A DNA stretch of 46,035 bases from Octopus bimaculoides (GCF_001194135.2 NC_068982.1:130629389-130675423); one strand, 5' to 3'. Positions 22,758 to 36,036 are shown, counted from the first letter of the stretch. A program made the numbers and translations. The notes: a model not told the origin generated them from the sequence alone.

Positions 22758-24375
22758 AGTTATTCAGAAGAGATTCTATAAAGAAATAAATGGAGAGTGG
22801 ACAGGTGAAAAGTTAATACCAGATAACAATGAAAGTCAAAGGTTTTGGAGTGACATCTGAAGCAAAGACAAGGAGCACATGAAGGCCCCGGGACCAGATG
22901 AAGTTCAGGGCCACTGGATCAAAAGTTTGGTGAATGTCATGCACGAATAGCTGCGCAACTCAACACCTTGTTAAATGCCGAGCAAATTACACCAGAGTGA
23001 TTGACATTGGGAGGGACAGTGCTGTGCTTGAAAAACATCGAGAAAGGCAATACGGTAGACAGTTACAGACCGATATCCAGTTTGCCATTTATGTGGAAAT
23101 TATTGACTGGAATACTCGCAGTGTCAATGTACGAACATCTGGGAAAAAATGGAGTCCTGCCACATGAGCAGAATGGTTGCAAGCGTAAGTGCAGAGGTGC
23201 CAAGGACCAACTCCTGATAGACAAAACTATACTTAGAGACTGCAAGAGGAGGAAAAGTAACTTAGCCATTTCATCGATCGACTACCGTAAGGCGTACGGT
23301 ATGATCCCACATTCTTGGATTATGGAATGTATGAACCTATTTAGTATTGCATCGAATGTTGAGCGATTGCTTGGAAAAAGTATGGCGAAGTGGAGGACGG
23401 GCCTGACAGCATACGGAAGAAGTTTGATACCACTAACACTGATACTGAGGAAAGCAAAAGCTGGGTATGTATTCAAAAGCCACCAACAAAAAGTCAACCA
23501 TTTGTTATTCATGGATGACCACAAACTTTATGGTAAAGACGCAGCCCAAGTCAGTTCCCCCGTTGATATGGTGTATACTTTCAGTTCTGATGCCAGAATG
23601 GCGTTCGGACTGAGAAAGTGTGATGTGTTAGTCTTGAAGAGAGGCAAAATCAAATGTATGGACGGGCTAACGATACCATCGGGGGAGGTTCCGAAGCAGA
23701 TAGAAGAGACGGACTATAAGTACTTGGGGATTTTGGAAATTGATAAATTAATGGAGAAAGAAATGACAGAAAAATTTAAAGTGGAGTACTTGCGCAGACT
23801 GAGACTTATCCTAAAGTGGAACGGACGGAATAAGATTGAAGCTATCAACACCTGAGCGGTTTCACTCCTTAGATATGGAGCGGGGGTAATCGCATGGACA
23901 GTAGGCGAACTAAACAGCTTAGACAGAAAGGCAACGAAGTTGCTAACTAGATATGGGACAGTCCACCCCAAAAGTGACACAGAGAGACTGTATGTAGCAA
24001 GAAAAAGAGGGGGAAGAGGACTTATTGGATGCGATCACAGCGTTAGAGCAGAAGAAAACAACATAGCATGCTATGTAAAAAATACCACAGAATCGCTATT
24101 ATTAGAAGTAAGAAGGTCAGGCTTGTGTAGGATGAAAGATTGCAAAGATAAAGCACTGTACAAGCAATTGAAAACGAATGAAACTGAAAATAGGTGGGCA
24201 AAGAAAAGAATGCATGGTCAATTTCATAGGGATGTTGAAGATGAGACAGACAGAGAAAAAAGATGGCTGTGGGTGACTAAGAGGAACATAAGGAAAATGG
24301 AAATAGAATGTCCACTAGAGGTGTTGCCAAAATTTTACCTCTTCGATAAGTCCAGAATTATCAGGAAAGTATAAG
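22758..24375 (+). mobile_element. R4/Dong-like RLE non-LTR retrotransposon, 5'-truncated, multiply deleted RT pseudogene
   Basis: QKRFYKEING; KAPGPDEVQG; YRPISSLP; [20 protein letters not shown]; [14 protein letters not shown]; LFMDDHKL; FGLRKC; YKYLGILE; [11 protein letters not shown]; RLYVARKRGGRGL; C-terminus SRIIRKV*. Confidence 0.92.
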
Positions 24376-25714
24376 GTGGTTGAAGAGAACAAATAGCATG
24401 ATACTGTTGGTTACAGGTAGCAAGAACATTAATCATATAAGATGTCAGGAGTTAGAACAAAACCTGAGTTAAAAAGATGGGACAGTTTTAGTCAGTTTTC
24501 GCTATGTTTATAAGATATGAAATTCATTTTTCAAAATTTTAATTTCCTTTCCTTTGAGCCTCCAATTTTTCTTCACCTTACCAACTTTACAACAATAATC
24601 AGTAATCTGATGGTGATCTTAATTTGAAAGTTGACAAATTCCTGGATATTAATAATACACCGAATTTCTCACTCTTTTGGTTAGTGTCTATAGTCCTTCT
24701 AAAATATAATTCCATACCATAAACATTTTAGTTTTACATTGGTGATTCTCCAAATTTTTTTTCTGTTCTCTTTGGTGATGTTACCATTGTTGAATATTGA
24801 CTGTCGCTCAGTGTCATGTGCCGTCAGATTTGTTTTTATGAAAGAACACTACTCCACCCTTAGGCATGAACCCATTTAGTGCACTGAATATTTTTCTTTA
24901 GGTTTGCTATTTAGTTGTGCTGAGAATGAAGTTTTAAGTTACCCTTAGTCCTTTCATGGAGCAATATCATCTGGGAAAATATTTATTTATTCTGGAAAGA
25001 TCGTATCAACGACGCCTCAACGGATCAGAAAATATCAAAACATTAAAAATATATATGATTAAAAGATATTAACAAGACGTATGAATACCATGATTTTCTT
25101 GAAATGTGGTGTGTGTGTGTGTGTGTGTTTGTATACATGTATGTGTATATGTACGTATATATATATATATATTTATATATATGCACACATAGACATCTTT
25201 GTCTGGGTTTCTTTTTACTCGAATACAAGGTACTTTTTATAAGGGGGTATAAATATGGGCAGTGTACCAGCAGGGTTTCTAACTCTGCACCCTCTTCACA
25301 ACCCACGTACACACATATATATTCATTTTAAAAGAAACAAATATAGAACATTTATTTAGCAAAAATATGTAGCCGTATATAAATATGTAAACATGAGTTT
25401 TTAAATATGCATATTTCAGTGAAGTATATATTTTGGGAACACATTATTTCTATACGGGGATGCTATATTCTATTACGACAAATATTATCATCACTATTTA
25501 AGTATGTTAAACGATGGTGAATTTAGTACTGCATTGATTTATTGTTCACAGAAGAGAACCGATCATATATAGTTTCTAAGCATTTGAGAAACGTATGTAA
25601 CTTCGCAACTCATTACTAATCAGTATGAATTCCCAGTGTTGAGCGTACAAATACACACACACACACACTCACACACACATACATACGTCTATATGCATGT
25701 ATGCTTACACTTTT

Positions 25715-26205
25715 ACATATCCTTATAAACAAAGTCAACAACCAAATAGAAACGGACACTTACTTTGAACCCACGGAGTCCAAACATCATCGTTCATTCA
25801 ATTCATTCTATCCGAGACATACCAGAATGAATGTCCCTTATAACCCAGCCGAAAGGATTGGTTCAATAGTATCTGATACAATCGTCCGTGACATAGGACT
25901 CCAGGAACTGAAGGATGCATGTCTGGAAAGAAATTACCCATCATTCATAGTCGATACAGAAATTTAGTATCCAGGAATTTCGAAAACCAAGACTAAGTAA
26001 TGAACCGAAATTGAAGGTCTTTTCATACATCTTAACCTAAACAACCTCAAAACACTCAGATGTGGCCTATAACATTATATTCCATAATATACCATTACTG
26101 AAAAAGGACCCCAGGATGAAGCAAATTCGCCAAACGTACACCATCATAAAGAGTAAAAGACAGCCTAAATCCATAAAAATACTAACTCAAATCAAGATCC
26201 ACGCA
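25715..26205 (+). mobile_element. Penelope-like retroelement fragment (RT thumb to pre-GIY-YIG linker), decayed
   Basis: ILINKVNNQIETDTYFEPTESKH...YPRHTRMNVPYN...ELKDACLERNYP; later IIKSKRQPK, matching the PLE TDIY.KPT / HP.H...N.PY / SKRQP pattern. Confidence 0.82.
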
Positions 26206-26244
26206 ATAATAACAACAAAAGACACATACTCACACACACACACA

Positions 26245-26285
<41 letters not shown>

Positions 26286-27225
26286 ACAAGCAAACAAACA
26301 AACACATATATGCGTTCATAAACACAGGAATACATTTAAATGTTTGTAGATATATGCATGCATATGTGTTGGTATCCGTTTTTTTTTTGTGTATGTTTGC
26401 TTGTGTACGTGCATACAAACGCATTTATAAACTTCTGCTGTATAATATTAATCAAACCAGTTTTTTTATATAATCCTGTTTAGAAAACCATTTCCATTTA
26501 TTCCAACTACATAACTATCCACAAGCACACACAATATTCTTGAGAAGCTGAGTACGTGTACAGGGTATAATATTAATGATAAATATAATAATGACGTAGA
26601 TCTTGATGTCTATCAGCCAGTGTGTCAACTCCAACTTTAGTATGTAGCCTGTACAAATATCTGTCTTCACCAGATAAGCTTTTGGATAGTAAGATGTTGA
26701 TTAATCACGCACTTATCAGTCTATCTATCCATCCGTTATTCTGGAATGTTTTTGAAAACCTTAGATGATCTCGCGAGGTCATCGGGATTTTTTTTATGCC
26801 ATCCTCTTTTTCACCTATCAAATTGTTTTTGAGGAATATACGAAAATGTATGTATATAATTCATGTATGTGCTGTTGTGTATGTATGTGTGTATATGCAG
26901 ACATACAGTCACAGCAGATCTCTCTATATAAAGATGTATATATTAATGTGTAAGAGAACATGAGAATCATGTTGGGGAGGTGAGTACTTTGTAAGGATAA
27001 AATGTACGCTTTTCTCTGAGTAAAGTTTGACATGACATCACAATATCAACAGCAAAATGAAAAATACGAAAAAAAAACAAAAACGATGTACACACACACA
27101 CAAATAAATGAAAATAAGAAGTAAAATATAAAGCCACGATGCTAAATTTTTATCAAAGTTATTATTGAAGTAGTATAAAGGCATTGAGGATAGAATGCAT
27201 AATTTTAAAAGAGAAAGGCAAACAA

Positions 27226-27487
27226 GTTACGACGTCGAGGGTTCCAGTTGATCCGATCAACGGAACAGCCTGCTCGTGAAATTAACGTGCAAGTGGCTGA
27301 GCACTCCACAGACACGTGTACCCTTAACGTAGTTCTCGGGGATATTCAGCGTGACACAGTGTGACAAGGCTGACCCTTTGAATTACAGGCACAACAGAAA
27401 CAGGAAGTAAGAGTGAGAGAAAGTTATGGTGAAAGAGTACAGCAGGATTCGCCACCATCCTTTGCCGGAGCCTCGTGGAGCTTTAGG
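27226..27487 (-). mobile_element. SINE 3' portion, young-looking, cut by the assembly gap
   Basis: Reverse complement closely matches 34965-35130 (CACTTGCACGTT(A/G)ATTTCACGAGCAG...AACTGGAAC); a family I recall as abundant in octopus. Confidence 0.8.
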
Positions 27488-27944
27488 NNNNNNNNNNNNN
27501 NNNNNNNNNNNNNNNNNNNNNNNNNNNNNNNNNNNNNNNNNNNNNNNNNNNNNNNNNNNNNNNNNNNNNNNNNNNNNNNNNNNNNNNNNNNNNNNNNNNN
27601 NNNNNNNNNNNNNNNNNNNNNNNNNNNNNNNNNNNNNNNNNNNNNNNNNNNNNNNNNNNNNNNNNNNNNNNNNNNNNNNNNNNNNNNNNNNNNNNNNNNN
27701 NNNNNNNNNNNNNNNNNNNNNNNNNNNNNNNNNNNNNNNNNNNNNNNNNNNNNNNNNNNNNNNNNNNNNNNNNNNNNNNNNNNNNNNNNNNNNNNNNNNN
27801 NNNNNNNNNNNNNNNNNNNNNNNNNNNNNNNNNNNNNNNNNNNNNNNNNNNNNNNNNNNNNNNNNNNNNNNNNNNNNNNNNNNNNNNNNNNNNNNNNNNN
27901 NNNNNNNNNNNNNNNNNNNNNNNNNNNNNNNNNNNNNNNNNNNN
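27488..27944. other. Assembly gap (N run)
   Basis: Directly visible. Confidence 1.
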
Positions 27945-28414
27945 GAAAATGTTAAAAACAGTGTATGAAAATACACATATGGAAAAATACATATACATAT
28001 TCTTATACATATTCTTTGACAATCGAATAAAGTTGAGGAGGAACTGACCTGACTTTTTTCTCTTGTGTATATTGAGGGAATGTTTTACTGTCTTAAGAAA
28101 CAGTATGACTGGCTAGTTGGGGTGGGAGGGAAGAAGAGTTAAAAAGGATTTTTTAATTTTATTTTTGGTTGGTCTGTGACAGTCTGTCATGGTTCACTGG
28201 TTTTTGGGACTGGTTTTGTGCACATCTCTATGTGTGTGTGTATATATGTGTGTTTGTGTCCGTGTGTATGTGTATGTGTGTGTGTGTGTGTGTGTGTGCC
28301 GTTTTTATTGGTCCCATATATATATATCACGCGAGCGTTTCTGCAGCGACAGAACTTTATGTTTCAGGGTGTACACGAGCGTGTTAGATATGATTGTACG
28401 CATATGTGTTATGT

Positions 28415-28460
<46 letters not shown>

Positions 28461-28857
28461 GTGTGTATGCATGCATGCATGTATGTATGTATGTATGTAT
28501 GTATGTATGTATTTCAGACATATGACCAGTATTGTTCACTGAAATATTCAGGTTGATATTGTAGAATTTTTTTATCAACCTTAATTTGAACTGCAAAAAT
28601 AATAGGAAACAGAAACAACTGAATATTACTTTTATATTGCTTTAACAAGTAGAAATATAAGTAATGCGCTCCATGTGTAAGCATTCAGTAACAGAGTCAG
28701 GAAGTTATTGTCTATGCAATGTATAAAAGGATAAGATGCTATTTAAATGTATTCAGGATAACTGCCAATGGCATGGAGTTGAGAGTCGCGACATTGACAT
28801 ACTTTAAGTTAAGTGATCTTGAAGATCTTAATTAAAACTGCTCTTAACTCTTTTCAG

Positions 28858-28971
28858 GACAATTGACGCCTCACCTTCAGTTCGTCATTTTAGTAATTTC
28901 CTCTCAAAAACCATTGAGAAAAAGGTGTGGTCATTACTATTTCCTCCCTCCTACACATCTGAAGTCAATAA
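28858..28971 (+). CDS. Candidate internal exon (114 nt)
   Basis: Strong acceptor ctgctcttaactcttttcag|, donor AATAA|GTAAAC. Open in phase 1 (QLTPHLQFVILVISSQKPLRKRCGHYYFLPPTHLKSI) and phase 2 (TIDASPSVRHFSNFLSKTIEKKVWSLLFPPSYTSEVN). Confidence 0.25.
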
Positions 28972-30104
28972 GTAAACTGACAATAGGCTGACGGTAAGTA
29001 AATTTATATTTTAAGTTACGATTAGTAAACTTGCAATAAATTTTACTAAGTAAACTTACATTTTCATGAATAACGCAGAAAAAAATAAGTTATTTCGTGT
29101 AAATATTAAATGACAAAAGGAAATATGTATTTTATTTCATTGATTCTTTTCAATACAATTTGTTGCTTTGTTGCAAGATATGTTAGCTACTCTTTAGTTG
29201 AGACTTCGAACCACTTTTGGGACATTCCACTGATGTCAAAAAAAAAAAAAAAAGAAAAGAAAAGAAGAGAAGAATAAAAAGAAAGAAAAAAAGAAAGAAG
29301 GTGATTCTCTGAATTATCCATAGTTTCATAGGCGGATTGAATAAGTATCATTTTTTATTCACACAAGAACATATAGTAAACCAACGTAGCCCTCGCTGAA
29401 TCAACTCTATGATCTATAAAGTCCGTACAATACAGGAATAAAATAGCCATTCTATAGATAAGCATTAGGGGCAAGAATAATTAACTCTCCACAATTGTAC
29501 CCAAATACTTCAACGTACCTGGGGAAGGCAAAAATAAATCCAACACTTTCTCACCGGAATAATTATATGAACATATAGTTTTCAGTAGCATACAAATGAT
29601 CTAATGGGTTCCGACGCTGTTCTTAATACAATGCTACAGAAATAAACCAACATATCACTTATTTTTGAGTCATCTTCTGTCAACGCTTGACAGTTTATGA
29701 ATTCATTGAAAATGATATTAACTATGACAGTGTGGGAGACAATAAAATTAAAGATTTAATCTTGGCATGTTTCTTGCTTTGCAAATACTATATAATTAAA
29801 GTTGGAAATATTAATAGTTATTTGTTATAATTGCAACCCCAGTCTATATATAATACTATAGAATGTTAGAAACTTTTGGGAAGATTTGGCTTCCGTTTGC
29901 GGTAAAGCATGCATTTGCATTAATTAAACACATTTATTAGTCATGAAGCAACATCGTTTTATATCAAGTATTAATACAAGAAAATGATTATATGAAGAAA
30001 ATTAATACTCTGTACCTCAACCTATTATAATCGGCAACAAATAAGTAATAGAAAGCAATATACAGTTTAAACCATACATAGATACATACACATGTGCTCG
30101 TACA

Positions 30105-30106
<2 letters not shown>

Positions 30107-30181
<75 letters not shown>

Positions 30182-30190
30182 CACACACAA
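30107..30190. repeat. (CA)n microsatellite
   Basis: Directly visible. Confidence 0.95.
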
Positions 30191-30920
30191 GATGCCGACA
30201 CAGTTATTAAGTAGGTTCTGTAAATAAAACGAATTTATATTGTTTTTCAATCAAACTTAAGTTAACGGTTCATGTAGTTAATAAAATGTCTTATTTTTAC
30301 TGAACATTTTTTAAAAAATTAGATGCGCTGTCATATGTGATTAATGTGAAATTCAACCCATCTTTACAACAAACTTGATTTTTCACATGGATAAAGGACC
30401 TTAAATTTAAAGTGCTAAGCAATGATTTGCAATAAAATGTAATACGACTAGAACAACGGTAATGGAAAATTTGCCACATACTCTGCTCCTCGCAAAAGTA
30501 TCCTTACTCCAACATGCTTCTCAGTTAATGGTTGGCTAATGAAGCAAGGAACTTTATACCAGTAATTTGTTTCAAGTAGCAAGAACTGGCGGAAAATAGA
30601 GTATTGGAGTACTTTTACAAGGTTTGGGTTTCGAAATCAATGGTTGGTTAATGTGCTTGAGTAAGAGATATTGTATTCATCAAGTTGTCGGAACACATAG
30701 CAAAACCAACGTCTGGGAAAACTATCTAAGATGGATTTCTACCTCGTGATGAGGTAATTGATCTCTCATCAACTTAACATATTAGAAACGGGAATCAATT
30801 ACAAGCCCATAAATGCAGTGAATCTTGAAATAATTGTCCTCTTTTTACATTGCTTTGAACATTGGTCTGAATATTGCTAAGTGTATTCAGTGCGGCTTAT
30901 CAATATATTTGCTATCTTTC

Positions 30921-30961
<41 letters not shown>

Positions 30962-31314
30962 TTCAATTATTTATTCATTCATTCATTCATTTATTTGTTA
31001 TTGAGAAATGATTTTTATATCAGCTCACAAGGAATCTACACCTCTTGTGTTTTTTCTCTATTTTTATAAATCTTAATTTGCACACGTAATTATTCAATTC
31101 AATGCATTTAAAAATCATTATGCTTTTTATAGATAGAACTATTAAGAACACTTACTAAGAAGAATCATATCGTATCTTTTAGAACCAAGCATAGATAAAA
31201 TACCGTCTCACGTCATACACTAAGTTTTAAAAAGTATATTTTATCTTGAGGTTGATGCTAATGGAATTAGGGTCAATACCATTCTCCTGCAGCTATAGCT
31301 GCTTCTGCTGCCGA

Positions 31315-31470
31315 TTCTTCTTCTTCTTCTTCTTCTTCTTCTTCTTCTTCTTCTTCTTCTTCTTCTTCTTCTTCTTCTTCTTCTTCGTCTTCTTCTTCTT
31401 CTTCTTCTTCTTCTTCTTCTTCTTCTTCTTCTTCTTCTTCTTCTTCTTCTTCTTCTTCTACTACTACTAC
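31315..31470. repeat. (TTC)~48 tract with one interruption, followed by (TAC)4
   Basis: 31315-31458 is TTC repeats with a single GTC at about 31387; explains the poly-R and poly-F ORFs. Confidence 0.98.
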
Positions 31471-31591
31471 TTGCTATCATTCAGCGTCGTATATTTTATA
31501 CAGTTTTCTTTTAATTTTGTTGTTTTATAATTTATGTTCAGTTATTTATTTTAAACAAACGAACACCGATAGCCAGGCTGGGTGGGGAGTC

Positions 31592-31630
<39 letters not shown>

Positions 31631-31659
31631 GCACACATTTATATATATGGACTTCTTTC

Positions 31660-31765
31660 AGTTTCCGTTTATCAAACCCCGGGTCTATAGTAGAAGATAC
31701 CAAAAGTGACACTCAGTGGATTGATGTGGTTGAGAAGCAAAGTCCTCATTACACAGCCTGCGCCT
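31660..31765 (-). mobile_element. SINE, decayed and internally deleted
   Basis: CTTTCAGTTTCCGTTTATCAAACC...CTATAGTAGAAGATAC...ATGTGGTTGAGAAGC...ACACAGCC aligns to 34285-34440. Confidence 0.65.
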
Positions 31766-32339
31766 ATATATATGTATGTGTGTGTGTGTGTGTGTGTTTG
31801 TGAGTATGTAATTTGTAGTCTTGACATCACCTCCTCCTTTATTGACATTAACAAACCTTTGTGCAACCTGTTTGTAGTTTGGCTGTTCATATCCTTGCTG
31901 GTAGCGGAAAAGGTGTATTTTCACTTAAGCAAAACCGCTTGGCTACTTTCATTGCAATGTTCGCATGAGTATTGAGCAGAAGAGTGGCTTCGCGTGTGCT
32001 GAAATTGAGTAATCGAAGCTTTCAGCTTGAATATTCAATCAGTAAATCAGTTTGTTATTGAGTTTCAATATTTTATATCCGATGTGGGAGGATGCCTTCA
32101 GCGTTATTTGAGATAGTAAGGAGTTTTGTTCTGTCATAAGTAAAATGAAAACTCATTCATAATCTATGATAGGACTTTCATACCATTGATTTTTGCATTA
32201 GGCCCGAAAGTCATACATTTTGTGGGGAGAACTGTTGGTTATATCAACCACATTGCTTGAGTGGTGAATCATTTTCTAATTAATCCATTAAAAACCAGTT
32301 ATTAATTTTTTTATGCATGTTTCCGCTTTTTGGTTGGTG

Positions 32340-32394
32340 GGGGGCGCAATTTTGATCCTTGTCCTGGGCGCCATTTACCCTAGCTACGCCCCTG
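32340..32394 (-). mobile_element. Terminus of a probable hAT-type non-autonomous DNA transposon
   Basis: Minus strand begins CAGGGGCGTAGCTAGGGTAAATGGCGCCCAGG...GCGCCCC, a terminus style common in hAT-derived MITEs; no partner terminus found. Confidence 0.45.
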
Positions 32395-32950
32395 ATGTAG
32401 AGATTTCGACTATTTACTAGTATAGATAAAATAGTTCACCGTAACAAAGCGCAGTTGATGTAATGGAATGGTTTACAGCCAAATACATTCTGTCTGTTGT
32501 TTATAGGGTTGTTTCTTCCGGTTACGTACTTATTTCTAACATGTTTCTTATTATGTGCACGGTTGCTTAAACCCTTTCGCTTTCTCTGCCACTTTGGACG
32601 TAAACAATGCAATTTATACGTTAAGTAGACTTTAACTGTGTGTTGATGTGATAGTGTAAGTATAACTTCTTCAAGGAGAATGCGAAAATCACTTGATATG
32701 CAATATCGCTTGATATAATACAGGACGATAACCTGACCTTTTAAACGGAAATAACCTTCCGTATTGTATATACGGCCATTTAGCTCACTGCTTGCTCCGC
32801 CTCCTTATCATAACAATCAAATTATACGCTGAATTTTAAACAATTCTGATAAGCTACATCTCTGTTTCCTTTCAGACCTGTTTCTCCACGGCTTCTCTCC
32901 ACTTCATACACATTGCCCAATAATTTTTTTCCCTAATCTACTAATAATTA

Positions 32951-32974
32951 GTGTGTGTGTGTGTGTGTGTGCGC

Positions 32975-33026
<52 letters not shown>

Positions 33027-33056
33027 GTGCGTGTGTGCGCGCGTGCGTGCGTGTGT
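32951..33056. repeat. (GT)10-(GC)9-(GT)n alternating purine-pyrimidine tract
   Basis: Directly visible. Confidence 0.95.
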
Positions 33057-33296
33057 ATGAATACGTGTGTGTATGTGTGTGCATGTGTCCTGCTTCACTC
33101 TTTCTGTCTCATTTTCATTTCTTTTTCTTTATATATTTTTCGTCGTTCATGCAGAAAAACCNNNNNNNNNNGCGCGCGTGCGTGCGTGTGTATGAATACG
33201 TGTGTGTATGTGTGTGCATGTGTCCTGCTTCACTCTTTCTGTCTCATTTTCATTTCTTTTTCTTTATATATTTTTCGTCGTTCATGCAGAAAAACC
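33037..33296. other. Exact 125-bp duplication flanking a 10-N gap: probable unmerged contig overlap (assembly artefact)
   Basis: 33037-33161 is identical to 33172-33296, with Ns at 33162-33171. Confidence 0.85.
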
Positions 33297-34225
33297 ACAG
33301 TGATAAGACAATTTAGAGGGAGAGAGAGTGAGAGAGAGGGGGGGGGGAGAGTGAGAGAAAGAGGAAAAAGGGAGAGAGAGAGAGAATTAGCATCGCACGT
33401 AGAGACACTGAGAAAGAAAGCGATAGAAAGGATCGTAGGAGGCTGGCAAAGCAAGTGGAAGGAGGAGGAGGAAGAATGAGAAAACAGTGAATGATAAAGT
33501 ATTAGAAGATAGCGAAAACAGACTCAAGAAAAGTCTTAGTAGTTGTGTGACATGACGAGAGAGGAAAGAGGTGAAAAGAATGGGTGAAAGAAGGAGGAAA
33601 GGGGGAGTGGGGGAAGAGAAAGTGAGAGAGAGAAGCGGGGAAGTGACAGAAAACTAAGAGAATGAAGGAATGAGGGTAAGAAAAAGAGAAAAATTATTGT
33701 AAATGGCGGGTGCGTATACATATCACATATTTCTGCTTCTCAAGTTGTAAGTGTTGAATAATGACACATTTAAATGGACAGCTTTGGATAAATCTCTTCG
33801 TAAAGAGATACTTTTATTTACCGAATTCCACCAATGATAATAACCCATTCTGAAACATTTCAATCTGACGCATTTCCATTATGCTTGTCTTTTTTTTTCT
33901 AAACCTATTCCGAACGAATATCAAGTTTCTTACTCGTATTCTTTTCTTCTACGAAAGCATGAAAATAATATAAAAGTTAATTCCAGAAAACATAAATATA
34001 TACATGTGGTATCATATTTGTAATATCGTGACTTCGATTAACTGAAAACATTCGAGTAACTGTCTTTTATCTTTTATTTATTTCAGTCATTTTATTTTGC
34101 TAAGTCTGGTATTTATCTTATCAGTCTCTTTTGCCAGACGTAAATAAACCAACACCGGCTGTCAAGCGGTGGTGGGGACAAACACAAAGAAGCCCGCGCA
34201 CACACACACACACATACACACGTAG

Positions 34226-34281
<56 letters not shown>

Positions 34282-34284
34282 GAC

Positions 34285-34440
34285 AGGCGTCTTTCATTTT
34301 CCGTCAACCAAACCCACTCACAAGGCTTTAATCTGCCGGGGACTATATTAGGAGACACTTGTTCCAGGTACCGCCCAATGAGACTGGATCCAAGACTATA
34401 TGGTTGGGAAATTTTTCAACCACACAGCCACACCTGCTTG
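34285..34440 (-). mobile_element. SINE
   Basis: CTTTCATTTTCCGTCAACCAAACCCACTCACAAGGCTTT...GACACTTGTTCCAGGTACC...GGTTGGGAA...CCACACAGCCAC; same family as 31660-31765. Confidence 0.75.
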
Positions 34441-34879
34441 AGCTGTATTTAAGCTTCAAGACCAACCAACAGGTATTTCCCATGGTTGATTTATATATTT
34501 TTAAAATATTCACAGAGATTTTTTCCTCCTAACATAATTTCAATTAACTGAAGGCTTTTCAACTTAAAATATTGTGTATATGTAGTGCTTATTACATTTG
34601 GGTGTCAGTCGGTACATCGATTTACGACCTGGAGAGCCAAGAAAGGCTTGGTGGCTATCTGCATGTCTCTGGATTTAGATCTTTTGTTCCCTCTTGGGAC
34701 CCGAAACAGTCTTGCTCCCCCTTGCCGGATTTGTATAGGAGGTCCTGCGCAAACGAAACATTGCCACATTTGATTTGGCATATCTAGAGGCCTAGCGCTC
34801 GCCTAAGGTATTTTTCTTCAGTCCTATATGTATGTGTGTGAGGGGGTCTGTACGCGCGTGTGCGCGCGTGTATGTGCGT

Positions 34880-35140
34880 GTGTTTCGATTCCCTGTGGTG
34901 CGTTGTGTCCTTGCGCAAGACACTTCATTTCAAGTTTCTCTGATTCCGCTAGTTGGCAAAAATGGGTTGTACCTGTTATTCAAAGTGGGTAACCTTGAAA
35001 CATTGTGTCACGCTGAGTCTCCCTAATAAGCACGTTAGGGTGCACGTGACTGTAGAGTGCTCAACCACTTGCACGTTGATTTCACGAGCAGACTGTGCCG
35101 CTCATCGGACCAACTGGAACACTCGTCGTCTTAACTGAAG
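34880..35140 (+). mobile_element. tRNA-derived SINE
   Basis: B-box-like GTTTCGATTCCC at about 34882, then TGTGTCCTTGCGCAAGACAC; the 3' half matches the reverse complement of 27226-27400. Confidence 0.75.
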
Positions 35141-35149
35141 GAGTGCCAG

Positions 35150-35152
<3 letters not shown>

Positions 35153-35200
<48 letters not shown>

Positions 35201-35233
35201 TGTGTTTGTGTTTGTGTGTTTGTGTGTTTGTGT

Positions 35234-35321
<88 letters not shown>
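35153..35321. repeat. (GT)n microsatellite
   Basis: Directly visible. Confidence 0.97.
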
Positions 35322-35322
<1 letters not shown>

Positions 35323-35953
35323 TGTATAATGCGTAAGCATTTATCTGTAAGTTTTTAAATAATTGTGTTTGCAATAGAATATCATACAAAACTGTTGGAG
35401 GCCCCACTTTACTTCATATTAACCACTCAGTTGATATTTCACAACCCTTTATTAAATCTACTTGTGATAAGTTAGCATGCATTTGTATAATGACGCCATC
35501 AAAGCCACGTATTCCATTCTAGCCATTTGGCTGACAACCTATCATGACGTGTCCTTCCTTTGGCTTTATTAACAAAGTGATTTTGTTCTTGTTTCAACAC
35601 TCTAGATGGCAAATAGTCAAAACTTATGTTCTTTTAGTCAACGAACTAATTGTAACAGAGAAGATTATAAAATTAATTTTCAGTTAGGTATTCTACAATA
35701 GATGGATAATTTAGTTATAATTTGAAGTTTGACTAATGGGAAACAGGGCTTAGTTTAATATCAATAAGTTGAGACGTAGCAACGACCGGTGAAATGGATG
35801 AATTCAGGTGGAAGTAGCTGATAGTCAACAGGTTCAGTGGAGCAGAAATAGGTATAACAATGACAGCTACAGAAGTAGAGTTCGTACAAATCAACGGTGG
35901 AAATATAGGTTGGAGTGTGTCGCTGATCAAGGGGTTGCCGGGAAGCAACTCTG

Positions 35954-35975
35954 TATATATATATATATATATATA

Positions 35976-36031
<56 letters not shown>
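35954..36031. repeat. Compound (TA)n + (GA)n microsatellite
   Basis: Directly visible. Confidence 0.97.

Positions 36032-36036
<5 letters not shown>

Noticed and set aside
26764-26783. 20-bp near-palindrome GATGATCTCGCGAGGTCATC
   Set aside because: Single, short and without context; expected occasionally by chance.
33037-33296. 125-bp perfect direct repeat as a biological tandem duplication or CRISPR-like unit
   Set aside because: It sits exactly either side of a 10-N gap, the signature of an unmerged contig overlap.
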